Source of the DNA: a virus | Taxonomy: Duplodnaviria > Heunggongvirae > Uroviricota > Caudoviricetes | DNA length: 7,395 nt | Virus record (IMG/VR): IMGVR_UViG_2563366829_000015 | Strand: one strand, 5' to 3' | Part shown: positions 1 to 6,326 of the stretch, one piece after another | Layout of the letters: each line of letters starts with the position of its first letter | Numbering within the stretch: position 1 is the first letter of the stretch | Notes under the pieces: generated by a model | Databases searched by the model: none | Seen by the model: only the letters and a program-made list of their open reading frames with translations | What the model was told of the DNA's origin: nothing | Made by a program: the position numbers and the translations under genes

Positions 1-1131
1 TCAAATGACCAGTTTTTTCCACTCCTTACCGCGTACATCGTTGTAAATATCGGTCATTTTTTGATTCGAATGGCCTAGCAAAATTTTGGTATCAACCCCC
101 TGCTCTCTGAACAATCGCTCTGATAAAGATCTCTGCTCATGGAAAGAGGGTGGGGTGCCATTAGCACGCCAGTTGTAATCCACAGAATCCCGGGCTTTTT
201 TAAATGCAACGGTTAATGTTGCTGGCTTAACCATCCCGCCGCGCTTAGCTGTCCCTTTCGCGTGATGGTGGTGCAATAGCCACGGACTAAGAACGCAATC
301 GCGGCAGGATGACACTACATCATCCAGGGTGAGATTTAATTTATCGCAACGCAGAGCCAGAGGGATGGCAATCCGGGTTCCTGTTTTTTGCTGTTCGACA
401 TGAAGATAACCATCCCGGATATCCGAAAATTGCATTTTGCAAATATCTGAAAGGCGCTGGCCTGTCATCAGTGCCAGCAGCATACCGCGCTGTAAAAAGT
501 AACCATTCTTTTCCGCTGCGTTATAAATCATCATCCACTCATCAAAAGTCAGTCGCTGTCTTGATATCCGCACCTGCGGTTTTTTTGCCGATTCTGCAGG
601 GTTAAAGCCTGGCGGGACATCGCCCGTTTGCTGAGCTTCCCGGAAAACATCGATCAGTACTTTCCTGAAAATTTGTCCCATTCTGTTATGTCCTCTGGCC
701 TTGTACTCTTCCAGTACTGATACCACATCTTTTACGGTTATGGCATCTAACGGTCTGGTGCCAAAACGTTCATCAAATACCCTGAGAGGGGCCGCTTTCT
801 GTTTCAGCGTGTTGAGTTTGATCTCGCCGTTTTCATATCTTTCCTGTTGAATTTTTCTGTAATTATTCAGAAAAATGGTAACGGTTGATGAACCGCCGGT
901 ATCACTAATAATTTTCTCCTGCAGACTGAGCATTTGTTCCATTTGCTGCCGGGCAAGACGGCTGTTCGCTTCTGCTGCAATAGTTTCTGCCAGTTTCTGG
1001 TCAATACTGCCGAGACCGTGATTTTTGCCTGTTATGGGATGCCTGTAACGCCAGTAAACTTTGTTATTTCTTTTGTCAAAATACGGAGATAATCCCGGAA
1101 CATCGGTTTTATATTTTCGCGGGCGCGCCAT
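1..1131 (-). CDS. int: Lambda-family tyrosine integrase (site-specific recombinase), 376 aa, apparently complete
   Basis: ATG at 1129-1131 (minus) and stop at 1-3 (minus-strand TGA). The translation matches the lambda Int C-terminal catalytic region in pattern: DGYLHVEQQKTGTRIAIP, PPSFHEQRSLSERL (H-x-x-R box), LLGH, and a candidate nucleophile Tyr in TDIY. Gene order int-xis with a 23-nt overlap is as in lambdoid phages. The attachment site would lie left of the window and is not visible. Confidence 0.92.
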   Translation of the reverse strand: MARPRKYKTDVPGLSPYFDKRNNKVYWRYRHPITGKNHGLGSIDQKLAETIAAEANSRLARQQMEQMLSLQEKIISDTGGSSTVTIFLNNYRKIQQERYENGEIKLNTLKQKAAPLRVFDERFGTRPLDAITVKDVVSVLEEYKARGHNRMGQIFRKVLIDVFREAQQTGDVPPGFNPAESAKKPQVRISRQRLTFDEWMMIYNAAEKNGYFLQRGMLLALMTGQRLSDICKMQFSDIRDGYLHVEQQKTGTRIAIPLALRCDKLNLTLDDVVSSCRDCVLSPWLLHHHHAKGTAKRGGMVKPATLTVAFKKARDSVDYNWRANGTPPSFHEQRSLSERLFREQGVDTKILLGHSNQKMTDIYNDVRGKEWKKLVI

Positions 1132-1357
1132 CTTCCAGTATCCTCTTCAAAGCAGGGTGATCTGTGGCGATCACCTCCGGCTTGTTTACCATTCCGACAA
1201 AGCGAGCTTGCGGATCCACTCGCCAGCGTCTTCCAACTTTTTTGGGGAGAGGAAATATCATTCCGGCTTTAGCGTATTTACTTAACGTACTCGGAGTAGG
1301 GACCGGTTCACTGAATTCCTCTTTTGCCCACTCAGTGAGCAGAATAAGTCTTGCCAT
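1109..1357 (-). CDS. xis: Excisionase (Xis-like winged-helix DNA-binding protein), 82 aa
   Basis: ATG at 1355-1357 (minus); the 3' end overlaps the int start by 23 nt. Motifs LLTEWAKEE and MIFPLPKKVGRRWRV resemble lambda Xis (LTLQEW / RIFPPPVKDGREY). The Shine-Dalgarno is weak. Confidence 0.8.
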   Translation of the reverse strand: MARLILLTEWAKEEFSEPVPTPSTLSKYAKAGMIFPLPKKVGRRWRVDPQARFVGMVNKPEVIATDHPALKRILEDGAPAKI

Positions 1358-1421
1358 GAGCGTCGTTCGCTAATCATGGTCGCCGCCACTATAGCTGGTG
1401 GGCAACGACCGGGGTTGAACA

Positions 1422-3893
1422 TTAAAAATCAGCCTGATTTGGGATCAGTTTTTGCCAGATAGCTGAAACGTATTTTGCCTGGTAACGGGCGTCATCAAGT
1501 GCATTATGGCGCTCACCTTCGAATGGAATAGCCGTTCTGGCATCGAAGTCTATGGCTTTCCCCAGCTCAACGATTGTGCGTACATCGCGATCGTTGTAGT
1601 AACGCCACGGGCAGGGGATCCCCTGCCGTTCGTATGAACGGCGCAAAATCGTGTTGTCGAAGTTGGCTCCATTTCCCCAAACCTGAACAAAAAATTCACC
1701 GGAGTTTTCGTCGATAAATTCCCGCAATTGTAACAGTGCATCATCTAACGGGATTTCATCGGTCATAATGGCAGATTGCGCTTCGCGTGATTGCTTAAGC
1801 CACCATTTAATGGTGTCCCGATCAATGACCCCGCCAGCAGTTTCCAGATCGATAGTCTTACTAAATTCCGGTCCCATATCTCCGGTTTGCGGATCGAAAA
1901 ATATTGCACCTATTGAGATGATCGGGGCATCAGGATTTTTTCCCATGGTTTCAAGGTCGATCATTAGATGGTCACACGTCCTGCTGGTGGATGTGATTTC
2001 TTGATGACCGTTCACCTTAATTGAGTGATCTGCCGTCTCGCCAGTTTCATTATCGCTATCGTGATGCTGATTGCCGCCAGTGTTCTCCTTGTGTGGATGT
2101 TCAGCGCCTTCCATTTCCTCCGGATCATCTTCCTGAACTTCAGGCTGATACTCTTCATCGAATGTTTCCTGGTATGTTGCGTCGCCCATTACCGCGCCAC
2201 AATCAGGGCAGTTGCCGCCGCCGGTCTGACCGCAGGCGGTGCAGACTTTTTCCACTTCCTGTTGCGCCACTGATTCAGGCTGTTTCGTTTCTGGCTCGTT
2301 TTGTAACGCATTTGGGCTGTTTTGTTCCGCTTTCTGGTCGTTCTGTTCCGTTTCTTGCTGGTTCTGGTTCACAGAATCGCGGGTCTGGTTCCCCTTAACC
2401 CATTTCGGATCATTCGGGTCGCTAATCCCTTCAACAAATTCACCACGTGATACTGCAAGCAGTTCATCGGCGTCAGGCTGGCTGATATTGGCTGCCTGCA
2501 TAATTTTGTTTACTTCGTCAGCGGTAACTTTTACTGACCCTGGTTGTGCGGTCGTGTCAGATGCACCAGTATTTTGTTGTGAACCTGAGTATGTACCGTT
2601 TTTGCGGGCGAAATATTCTTCTTTCGTGATTTCAGTAGCCCCAGCAGACAGCGCCTTATCCAGACCAGAAAGTTTGTTTGCGCGACCGTATTTTTCGCCA
2701 TCCTTGTCGGTGAAGAGGAAGTAGAACGGCCCCTCACGTTCTACAGATGGTTCGACTTCCACTTTGCATTCGGTTTTTTCGTTGTCCGGAATTGCCGTTT
2801 CCACTGCATCAGTTTCTGGTACTGGCGACGAGAGAGTATCAGTTGCGCTCTGATTTGTTCCTTCATCTTCAAACACGCCCTTTGTAGTCAGGTATTCAGT
2901 AATGTATTTGTTCAGTGCCACAGGGTCTTTGTGAATGTCGATCGGACGTTCACGGACAAGGCCAAAAATAGTCTGGCGGTCGTAGCGAAGGGCATCAGGC
3001 TGTTTGCGCATTGATGCCGAGATACGCTTCCAGTCTTCGCGGTCGTTGTCGATAACTTCATTTTTTGCCCAGCGATGGATGCTGCCGTCAATGTTTCCGG
3101 CATCCACATCACCAGGCCAGAGAGCGTAGGCCAGTTCGTCATCCAGTGTTTTCCATGTCTGCTTGTATTCGCGATGAATGGCAGCAATGACCGGGTTGAT
3201 TTTTCCTGTTGAATTTTCAGTGTGCTGTTGATTGGCTCTGGCGCGGGCGAGATCAACAACAGACGTGTATTTTCCGGCTTCCTTGCGTTCACCTTCGCGA
3301 CGTTTTTTCCAGATGCGCATCTCTGCCTGAATTTCGGGCCATTTGGCACCAGGCTTACATTTATGCTTAACCCACCCGATGGCATGCAGCTTAAGCTCCG
3401 GATACATGGCGTTAACTTCTGGCATTTTCATCAACGCTTCAACGATATGTCCGTCGAATGTTGCCATGTCTTCCTGCAACAGTTCCTGCGCGCTAATCAC
3501 CATATCAACGGTGATGTTTTCACATGTGTCGAACTTAACCATGACAGCGTTCTGTACTTCAGGGGCCAGCTTGTCAAAAGTGACGTTCATCGGATCTGAT
3601 TCAGTCTCAACCGGGACAAAGGAAGCAGACGCCTCATCCCAGCGGTTTTCCTGCATATATTCAGCATCCCAGGAATCTAGGGCAGGGCGGGGTATACCGG
3701 GTTTATCCTCGCAGACAAGAAATTTATAAGCGCAGTCCTGAGCAGCCGGATAATGTTCCAGGAATTGCCAGTGAAATTTTGCGCGGGCGCGACGTTCATC
3801 ACCGGCTTCAATGGCAGTGGCTACAGCGACTGCACCTTCTTCCTTTATTGCCTGTTCGTCCGGAATGGCGGCGCAAATAAAGACTTTACTCAT
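1422..3893 (-). CDS. Large multidomain prophage exonuclease, 823 aa: N-terminal region of unknown fold, Q/N/E-rich linker, CxxC-x7-CxxC zinc ribbon, acidic linker, C-terminal DnaQ-like DEDDh 3'-5' exonuclease domain
   Basis: ATG at 3891-3893 (minus) with a GAGGT SD about 9 nt upstream. The C-terminal ~184 aa (nt ~1425-1976) carry the three DEDDh motifs: Exo I MIDLET, Exo II GNGANFD, Exo III HNALDDARYQAKY. The zinc ribbon CTACGQTGGGNCPDCG is at nt 2202-2243. The position, directly upstream of xis-int, is where lambdoid prophages carry exo/recE-type genes. Whether the N-terminal ~500 aa relate to the RecE (exonuclease VIII) N-terminal region cannot be decided without a search. Confidence 0.88.
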   Translation of the reverse strand: MSKVFICAAIPDEQAIKEEGAVAVATAIEAGDERRARAKFHWQFLEHYPAAQDCAYKFLVCEDKPGIPRPALDSWDAEYMQENRWDEASASFVPVETESDPMNVTFDKLAPEVQNAVMVKFDTCENITVDMVISAQELLQEDMATFDGHIVEALMKMPEVNAMYPELKLHAIGWVKHKCKPGAKWPEIQAEMRIWKKRREGERKEAGKYTSVVDLARARANQQHTENSTGKINPVIAAIHREYKQTWKTLDDELAYALWPGDVDAGNIDGSIHRWAKNEVIDNDREDWKRISASMRKQPDALRYDRQTIFGLVRERPIDIHKDPVALNKYITEYLTTKGVFEDEGTNQSATDTLSSPVPETDAVETAIPDNEKTECKVEVEPSVEREGPFYFLFTDKDGEKYGRANKLSGLDKALSAGATEITKEEYFARKNGTYSGSQQNTGASDTTAQPGSVKVTADEVNKIMQAANISQPDADELLAVSRGEFVEGISDPNDPKWVKGNQTRDSVNQNQQETEQNDQKAEQNSPNALQNEPETKQPESVAQQEVEKVCTACGQTGGGNCPDCGAVMGDATYQETFDEEYQPEVQEDDPEEMEGAEHPHKENTGGNQHHDSDNETGETADHSIKVNGHQEITSTSRTCDHLMIDLETMGKNPDAPIISIGAIFFDPQTGDMGPEFSKTIDLETAGGVIDRDTIKWWLKQSREAQSAIMTDEIPLDDALLQLREFIDENSGEFFVQVWGNGANFDNTILRRSYERQGIPCPWRYYNDRDVRTIVELGKAIDFDARTAIPFEGERHNALDDARYQAKYVSAIWQKLIPNQADF

Positions 3894-3985
3894 TTTGTTT
3901 TACCTCATTACAGATTTAAGGGTGAACAAATCCCTGCCATTGCTGGCATATAAGAATGAAACCGGATATTTATTACGGAACTGTT

Positions 3986-4177
3986 TTAAAGACCTGCCGG
4001 GATTTCGTTATTATCCTGGTGAATGACTTTATCGACCGGGTAACAGTTACCGGGAATTTTCTGTTCGGTTGCTGCAGTCACACACTCCTGCATTGTCCTG
4101 TGAACACTGACTGCAATATCAACTGGCTCTCCGGAAACAAGAAAAACTGTCAGAACAAGTGCAAATGCTGTATTCAT
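3986..4177 (-). CDS. ydfD: YdfD-like small membrane-anchored lysis protein, 63 aa
   Basis: ATG at 4175-4177 (minus) overlaps the dicB stop (ATGA, translational coupling), with an AAGGA SD about 8 nt upstream. N-terminal hydrophobic helix (NTAFALVLTVFLVSG) followed by a soluble Cys-containing tail. Size, position directly downstream of dicB and sequence agree with my recollection of Qin-prophage YdfD. The ORF track's longer 81-aa version (start 4231) has a poorly spaced SD. Confidence 0.72.
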   Translation of the reverse strand: MNTAFALVLTVFLVSGEPVDIAVSVHRTMQECVTAATEQKIPGNCYPVDKVIHQDNNEIPAGL

Positions 4178-4362
4178 TGTGCACATCCTTTTTGTATCGG
4201 ACGTAAACGGGCCAGCATTGAAAGAATGCATATTTTATTTAATAACTCCCGTTCGTGTTTTCTCTTGTTAATGGCATCTTCAGTAAATACAGGGTTACTG
4301 ATAGTGACACCAATTTCAAAACAACCTTCAGACGTATTAACGTTTGGTAATAACGTTTCCAT
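4174..4362 (-). CDS. dicB: DicB cell-division inhibitor (MinC-dependent FtsZ-ring inhibitor), 62 aa
   Basis: ATG at 4360-4362 (minus) with a GAGGA SD 7 nt upstream. The sequence METLLPNVNTSEGCFEIGVTISNPVFTEDAINKRKHERELLNKIC...KGCAQ matches my recollection of E. coli DicB almost residue for residue, and the gene lies directly downstream of DicF as in the dicBF operon. Confidence 0.88.
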   Translation of the reverse strand: METLLPNVNTSEGCFEIGVTISNPVFTEDAINKRKHERELLNKICILSMLARLRPIQKGCAQ

Positions 4363-4545
4363 TATCGCGTCCTCAACAATGAATTTTGTGATGCAGTGCC
4401 TGGTGCCTCCAGGTGACGTTAACCAGTTAACAATTAACGCCGGGTTAGTTGATGCTCGTTACGCCCGTAAAATACCGCCTTACTGCTTTAACTGTTCCGC
4501 GTGCGCATAGCCGCATTCACCGCATCACAAAATTCACTTTAAAAA

Positions 4546-4598
4546 GGGCGGCAGAGCAGTCACGGAGTAAAACTGATACCGCCAAATGTCACCAGAAA
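4546..4598 (-). ncRNA. dicF: DicF small regulatory RNA (Hfq-dependent sRNA processed from the dicB operon transcript; represses ftsZ and other mRNAs)
   Basis: The minus strand reads 5'-TTTCTGGTGACATTTGGCGGTATCAGTTTTACTCCGTGACTGCTCTGCCGCCC-3' followed by T5 (plus 4541-4545 AAAAA). This matches the 53-nt DicF RNA as I recall it, with possibly one substitution, and it sits ~180 nt upstream of dicB. The exact ends are taken from memory of the K-12 RNA and could be off by a few nt. Confidence 0.8.
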
Positions 4599-4933
4599 AT
4601 TGATAACAGAGGGCGTTGTAGCGGGGTTGTCACTTAAGCGTATGGTCAACCTGACAACCCGGTGCATTTTCTGGAGCAATGGAGGAAACCCCAGCCATAC
4701 TTACCGCCGCGCCATTTCGCGGAGTGCCACAACCGGAAGCGCACGGTCGAACTAAATTTAACGACACCGTACAGAGAGACCAATTTCGCCGTGCGCTTTC
4801 GCGTTATGCCCTGACTTTTCAGGGACATATCCTTTCAGTAAACTGTCAGTGCCGGATGCTCACCCGTGTCCGGCGCACGCACTCCACCTGACCAGTGGAG
4901 AACTCCTTAATTACCAACCCTCAGGAGGGTGAA

Positions 4934-5212
4934 ATGGATAAAAAGCAAATTGAGGCCCTGCAATCTATTATTGAAGAACAAGATGAAGCTATCAGGATTC
5001 TTTCATATCGCACTGATATGATACTAAATATGCTTTCTGCATTAACGGCTGCGCTTGGTGGTACAAAAACAAACGTATACCGCGAAGTTGTTATTCAACA
5101 GATAGATAAATTTGAAAAAACCATACCAGGTATTAATGCTCATCTTGCAGAACAAGAGAAAGACCATGCTCTTATGGCAATTTCTTCAGTAGCTCTCCCG
5201 AAAGTTGAGTAG
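4934..5212 (+). CDS. Hypothetical protein, 92 aa, acidic/helical, opposite-strand insert within the early-left operon
   Basis: ATG at 4934 is preceded by a perfect AGGAGG SD (4922-4927, 6-nt spacer). It is the only plus-strand gene among the minus-strand neighbours. No recognisable catalytic or transmembrane motifs. The ORF track's upstream GTG start (4895) lacks an SD. The local sequence is visibly more AT-rich than the flanks. Confidence 0.6.
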   Translation: MDKKQIEALQSIIEEQDEAIRILSYRTDMILNMLSALTAALGGTKTNVYREVVIQQIDKFEKTIPGINAHLAEQEKDHALMAISSVALPKVE

Positions 5213-5573
5213 TTTTAATTGTTGTTTTGAAATAATCACTGCTTTCACATTTGAGTGATTTCATGGCAATCCAAATGCGGGCCTCTGTGCCTGCATTTGG
5301 TTCCAGTTGCTGTAGACGTTTTGCGTCTTCCAAAAGTAAGGCGATAATGTGTTTCAGCTTCTCATCATTTGCTTGATTCTTGTTTTCAGGCGAATTCTGT
5401 CCGCCGAATAGGCGCTTCTCTTCATACAGACCTATAAAGGCACGACGCACGTTACCGGATATAGTATCGATGGTTTCCTTTTCTACAGTACTCAGGTCAA
5501 GAGTCGCCAGTTGAGAGCGAACCACATTCGCTGCCATTTCCTGGAATGGCATTGGTAAATCTTTAAATTCCAT
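5172..5573 (-). CDS. Hypothetical protein, 133 aa, soluble, co-directional with the early-left operon
   Basis: ATG at 5571-5573 (minus) with a GAGG SD 6 nt upstream, 22 nt after the stop of the upstream 72-aa ORF. No recognised motifs. The 3' end overlaps the 3' end of the convergent 92-aa ORF by 41 nt (5172-5212). Confidence 0.65.
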   Translation of the reverse strand: MEFKDLPMPFQEMAANVVRSQLATLDLSTVEKETIDTISGNVRRAFIGLYEEKRLFGGQNSPENKNQANDEKLKHIIALLLEDAKRLQQLEPNAGTEARIWIAMKSLKCESSDYFKTTIKTTQLSGELLKKLP

Positions 5574-5595
5574 TATTAGCCTCGTTGGTTAGCTA

Positions 5596-5814
5596 TTAAC
5601 GTGGGTATGTAACCATTCTGGCAATGCTTAATGCCGCTGCTTTTTCCAGCCTGGTGATATCCTGCTCCAGAGCGGACAGATTTTCAGCCTGCTTAGTCCT
5701 GGCTTCATTGGCCCATTTCAGATCCTGCACTGCATTAATTTTCTGGCGCATCCACTCATAAAGTTCATCATCGGTATAGTCTGGCGCGATGATGACGGGT
5801 TCTCGTTTCTGCAT
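5596..5814 (-). CDS. ydfC: YdfC-like small protein, 72 aa (third ORF of the dicB-type operon)
   Basis: ATG at 5812-5814 (minus) with a GAGGA SD 6 nt upstream. Size and position (third small ORF, upstream of dicF/dicB) match YdfC of the Qin dicB operon. The symbol is assigned from size and synteny; I do not recognise the sequence from memory. Confidence 0.65.
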   Translation of the reverse strand: MQKREPVIIAPDYTDDELYEWMRQKINAVQDLKWANEARTKQAENLSALEQDITRLEKAAALSIARMVTYPR

Positions 5815-5843
5815 ACTGATTCCTCGCGGTGCTGTTTCGCTTA

Positions 5844-5972
5844 TCAGCCGTTAGATTTTCCCGAACTGGAAAGCGCCTGTTTAAATTCACTGAAGCTGAG
5901 AGCTTCTTCGCCTTCGGCAAGACCATCGAAGTATTCTTCGTAAGCCTTTTCCATGATTGTGTCGAAATCCAT
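5844..5972 (-). CDS. ydfB: YdfB-like small protein, 42 aa
   Basis: Found by manual translation (too short for the ORF track): MDFDTIMEKAYEEYFDGLAEGEEALSFSEFKQALSSSGKSNG. ATG at 5970-5972 (minus) lies 1 nt after the stop of the upstream 51-aa ORF (TGAtATG), suggesting coupling. The 42-aa size and second position in the operon match Qin YdfB / Rac YdaG-type proteins. Confidence 0.6.
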   Translation of the reverse strand: MDFDTIMEKAYEEYFDGLAEGEEALSFSEFKQALSSSGKSNG

Positions 5973-5973
5973 A

Positions 5974-6129
5974 TCACTCACCTGAGTTTCTTTCCAGCCA
6001 GCGACGGGCACCATTTTCGGTTTTAAACGTTTTGCTTTTGGTATACGTCATCGCGGTGAATGTGCCGTCCTGGTTGGGAAACACGCCGTACACCAGAGAT
6101 TCGTTGTTGCCAAGCTCGATAGTATCCAT
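5974..6129 (-). CDS. ydfA: YdfA-like small protein, 51 aa (first ORF of the early-left operon)
   Basis: Found by manual translation: MDTIELGNNESLVYGVFPNQDGTFTAMTYTKSKTFKTENGARRWLERNSGE. ATG at 6127-6129 (minus) with a GAGG SD 5 nt upstream. The 51-aa size and first position downstream of the repressor-proximal promoter match Qin YdfA / Rac YdaF. Confidence 0.6.
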   Translation of the reverse strand: MDTIELGNNESLVYGVFPNQDGTFTAMTYTKSKTFKTENGARRWLERNSGE

Positions 6130-6200
6130 GCTGACCTCATTTCCCCTTAACGCCGGGTGGCGGAACTAAAACCTACAGCGCCGTGCTGTTCTTGATAGAA

Positions 6201-6229
6201 ATATTAGTAACGCGGATATTTTAAGTCAA
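6201..6229 (-). promoter_or_regulatory. Sigma70 promoter of the early-left (ydfABC-dicF-dicB-type) operon, PL-like
   Basis: On the minus strand: -35 TTGACT (6224-6229), 17-nt spacer, -10 TAATAT (6201-6206). An AT-rich UP-like region lies upstream (6230-6320), and the predicted TSS is ~65 nt upstream of the ydfA-like ATG. The layout is nearly identical to the plus-strand promoter at 6893-6921. Confidence 0.5.
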
Positions 6230-6326
6230 CAGTATGGCGTATGATATTTTTGATTTGGTAACTATGTAAATGTTTTTTCAAGGGAAAAATATTAGTTATA
6301 CAGCTGATTTGCAGAAGTTATGGCAC

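Noticed and set aside
261-275. Tetra-histidine run (LLHHHHAK) in the integrase, considered as a possible engineered tag or frameshift artefact
   Set aside because: It is internal to the protein, the codons are mixed (CAC/CAT), and the flanking sequence stays in frame with conserved integrase motifs on both sides, so it is most simply a natural loop.
1061-1373. Plus-strand ORFs 1061-1285 and 1164-1373
   Set aside because: Antisense to the int/xis overlap region; no SD; the minus-strand int and xis reading frames explain the open frames.
1768-3729. Numerous plus-strand and alternate-frame ORFs inside the exonuclease gene (1768-2004, 2021-2398, 2025-2273, 2239-2724, 3222-3599, 3343-3729 plus; 1550-1744, 2531-2737, 2912-3385 minus)
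   Set aside because: All lie entirely within the 823-aa exonuclease coding sequence, have no ribosome-binding sites, and give low-complexity, Cys/Ser/Phe-rich translations typical of shadow ORFs.
3986-4231. Longer 81-aa version of the ydfD ORF starting at 4231, and reading its hydrophobic N-terminus as a Sec signal peptide
   Set aside because: The 4231 ATG has a poorly spaced SD and would overlap the dicB coding sequence by 57 nt. The 4177 ATG has a good SD, gives a 63-aa product, and overlaps the dicB stop as ATGA. The hydrophobic segment is better read as a membrane anchor of a small lysis protein than as a cleaved signal peptide.
3753-4510. Plus-strand ORFs 3753-3953, 3811-4026 and 3956-4510
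   Set aside because: Antisense to the exonuclease start, ydfD and dicB; Cys-rich improbable translations and no SD. The minus-strand dicB/ydfD calls are supported by sequence recognition and coupled RBSs.
4449-4891. ORFs 4449-4637 (+), 4646-4828 (-) and 4679-4891 (+) in the region around DicF
   Set aside because: No usable SD (the 4828 ATG has AGGA only 1 nt upstream); W/R/C-rich translations look like random reading of GC-rich non-coding DNA. 4449-4637 is antisense to DicF itself. The region is better explained as sRNA plus leader/promoter sequence.
4895-4933. GTG start at 4895 for the 92-aa plus-strand ORF (105-aa version in the ORF track)
   Set aside because: No SD upstream of the GTG, whereas the in-frame ATG at 4934 has a perfect AGGAGG at optimal spacing.
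5768-6169. ORFs 5768-5977 (-), 5829-6026 (+) and 5957-6169 (+)
   Set aside because: They overlap the well-supported ydfC/ydfB/ydfA-like minus-strand ORFs out of frame or antisense and lack ribosome-binding sites.
6230-6326. Tiny plus-strand ORFs (11-23 codons) in the AT-rich region between the terminator and the early-left promoter
   Set aside because: No SD, very short, and the region is better explained as an UP-element/operator-containing promoter-upstream region.
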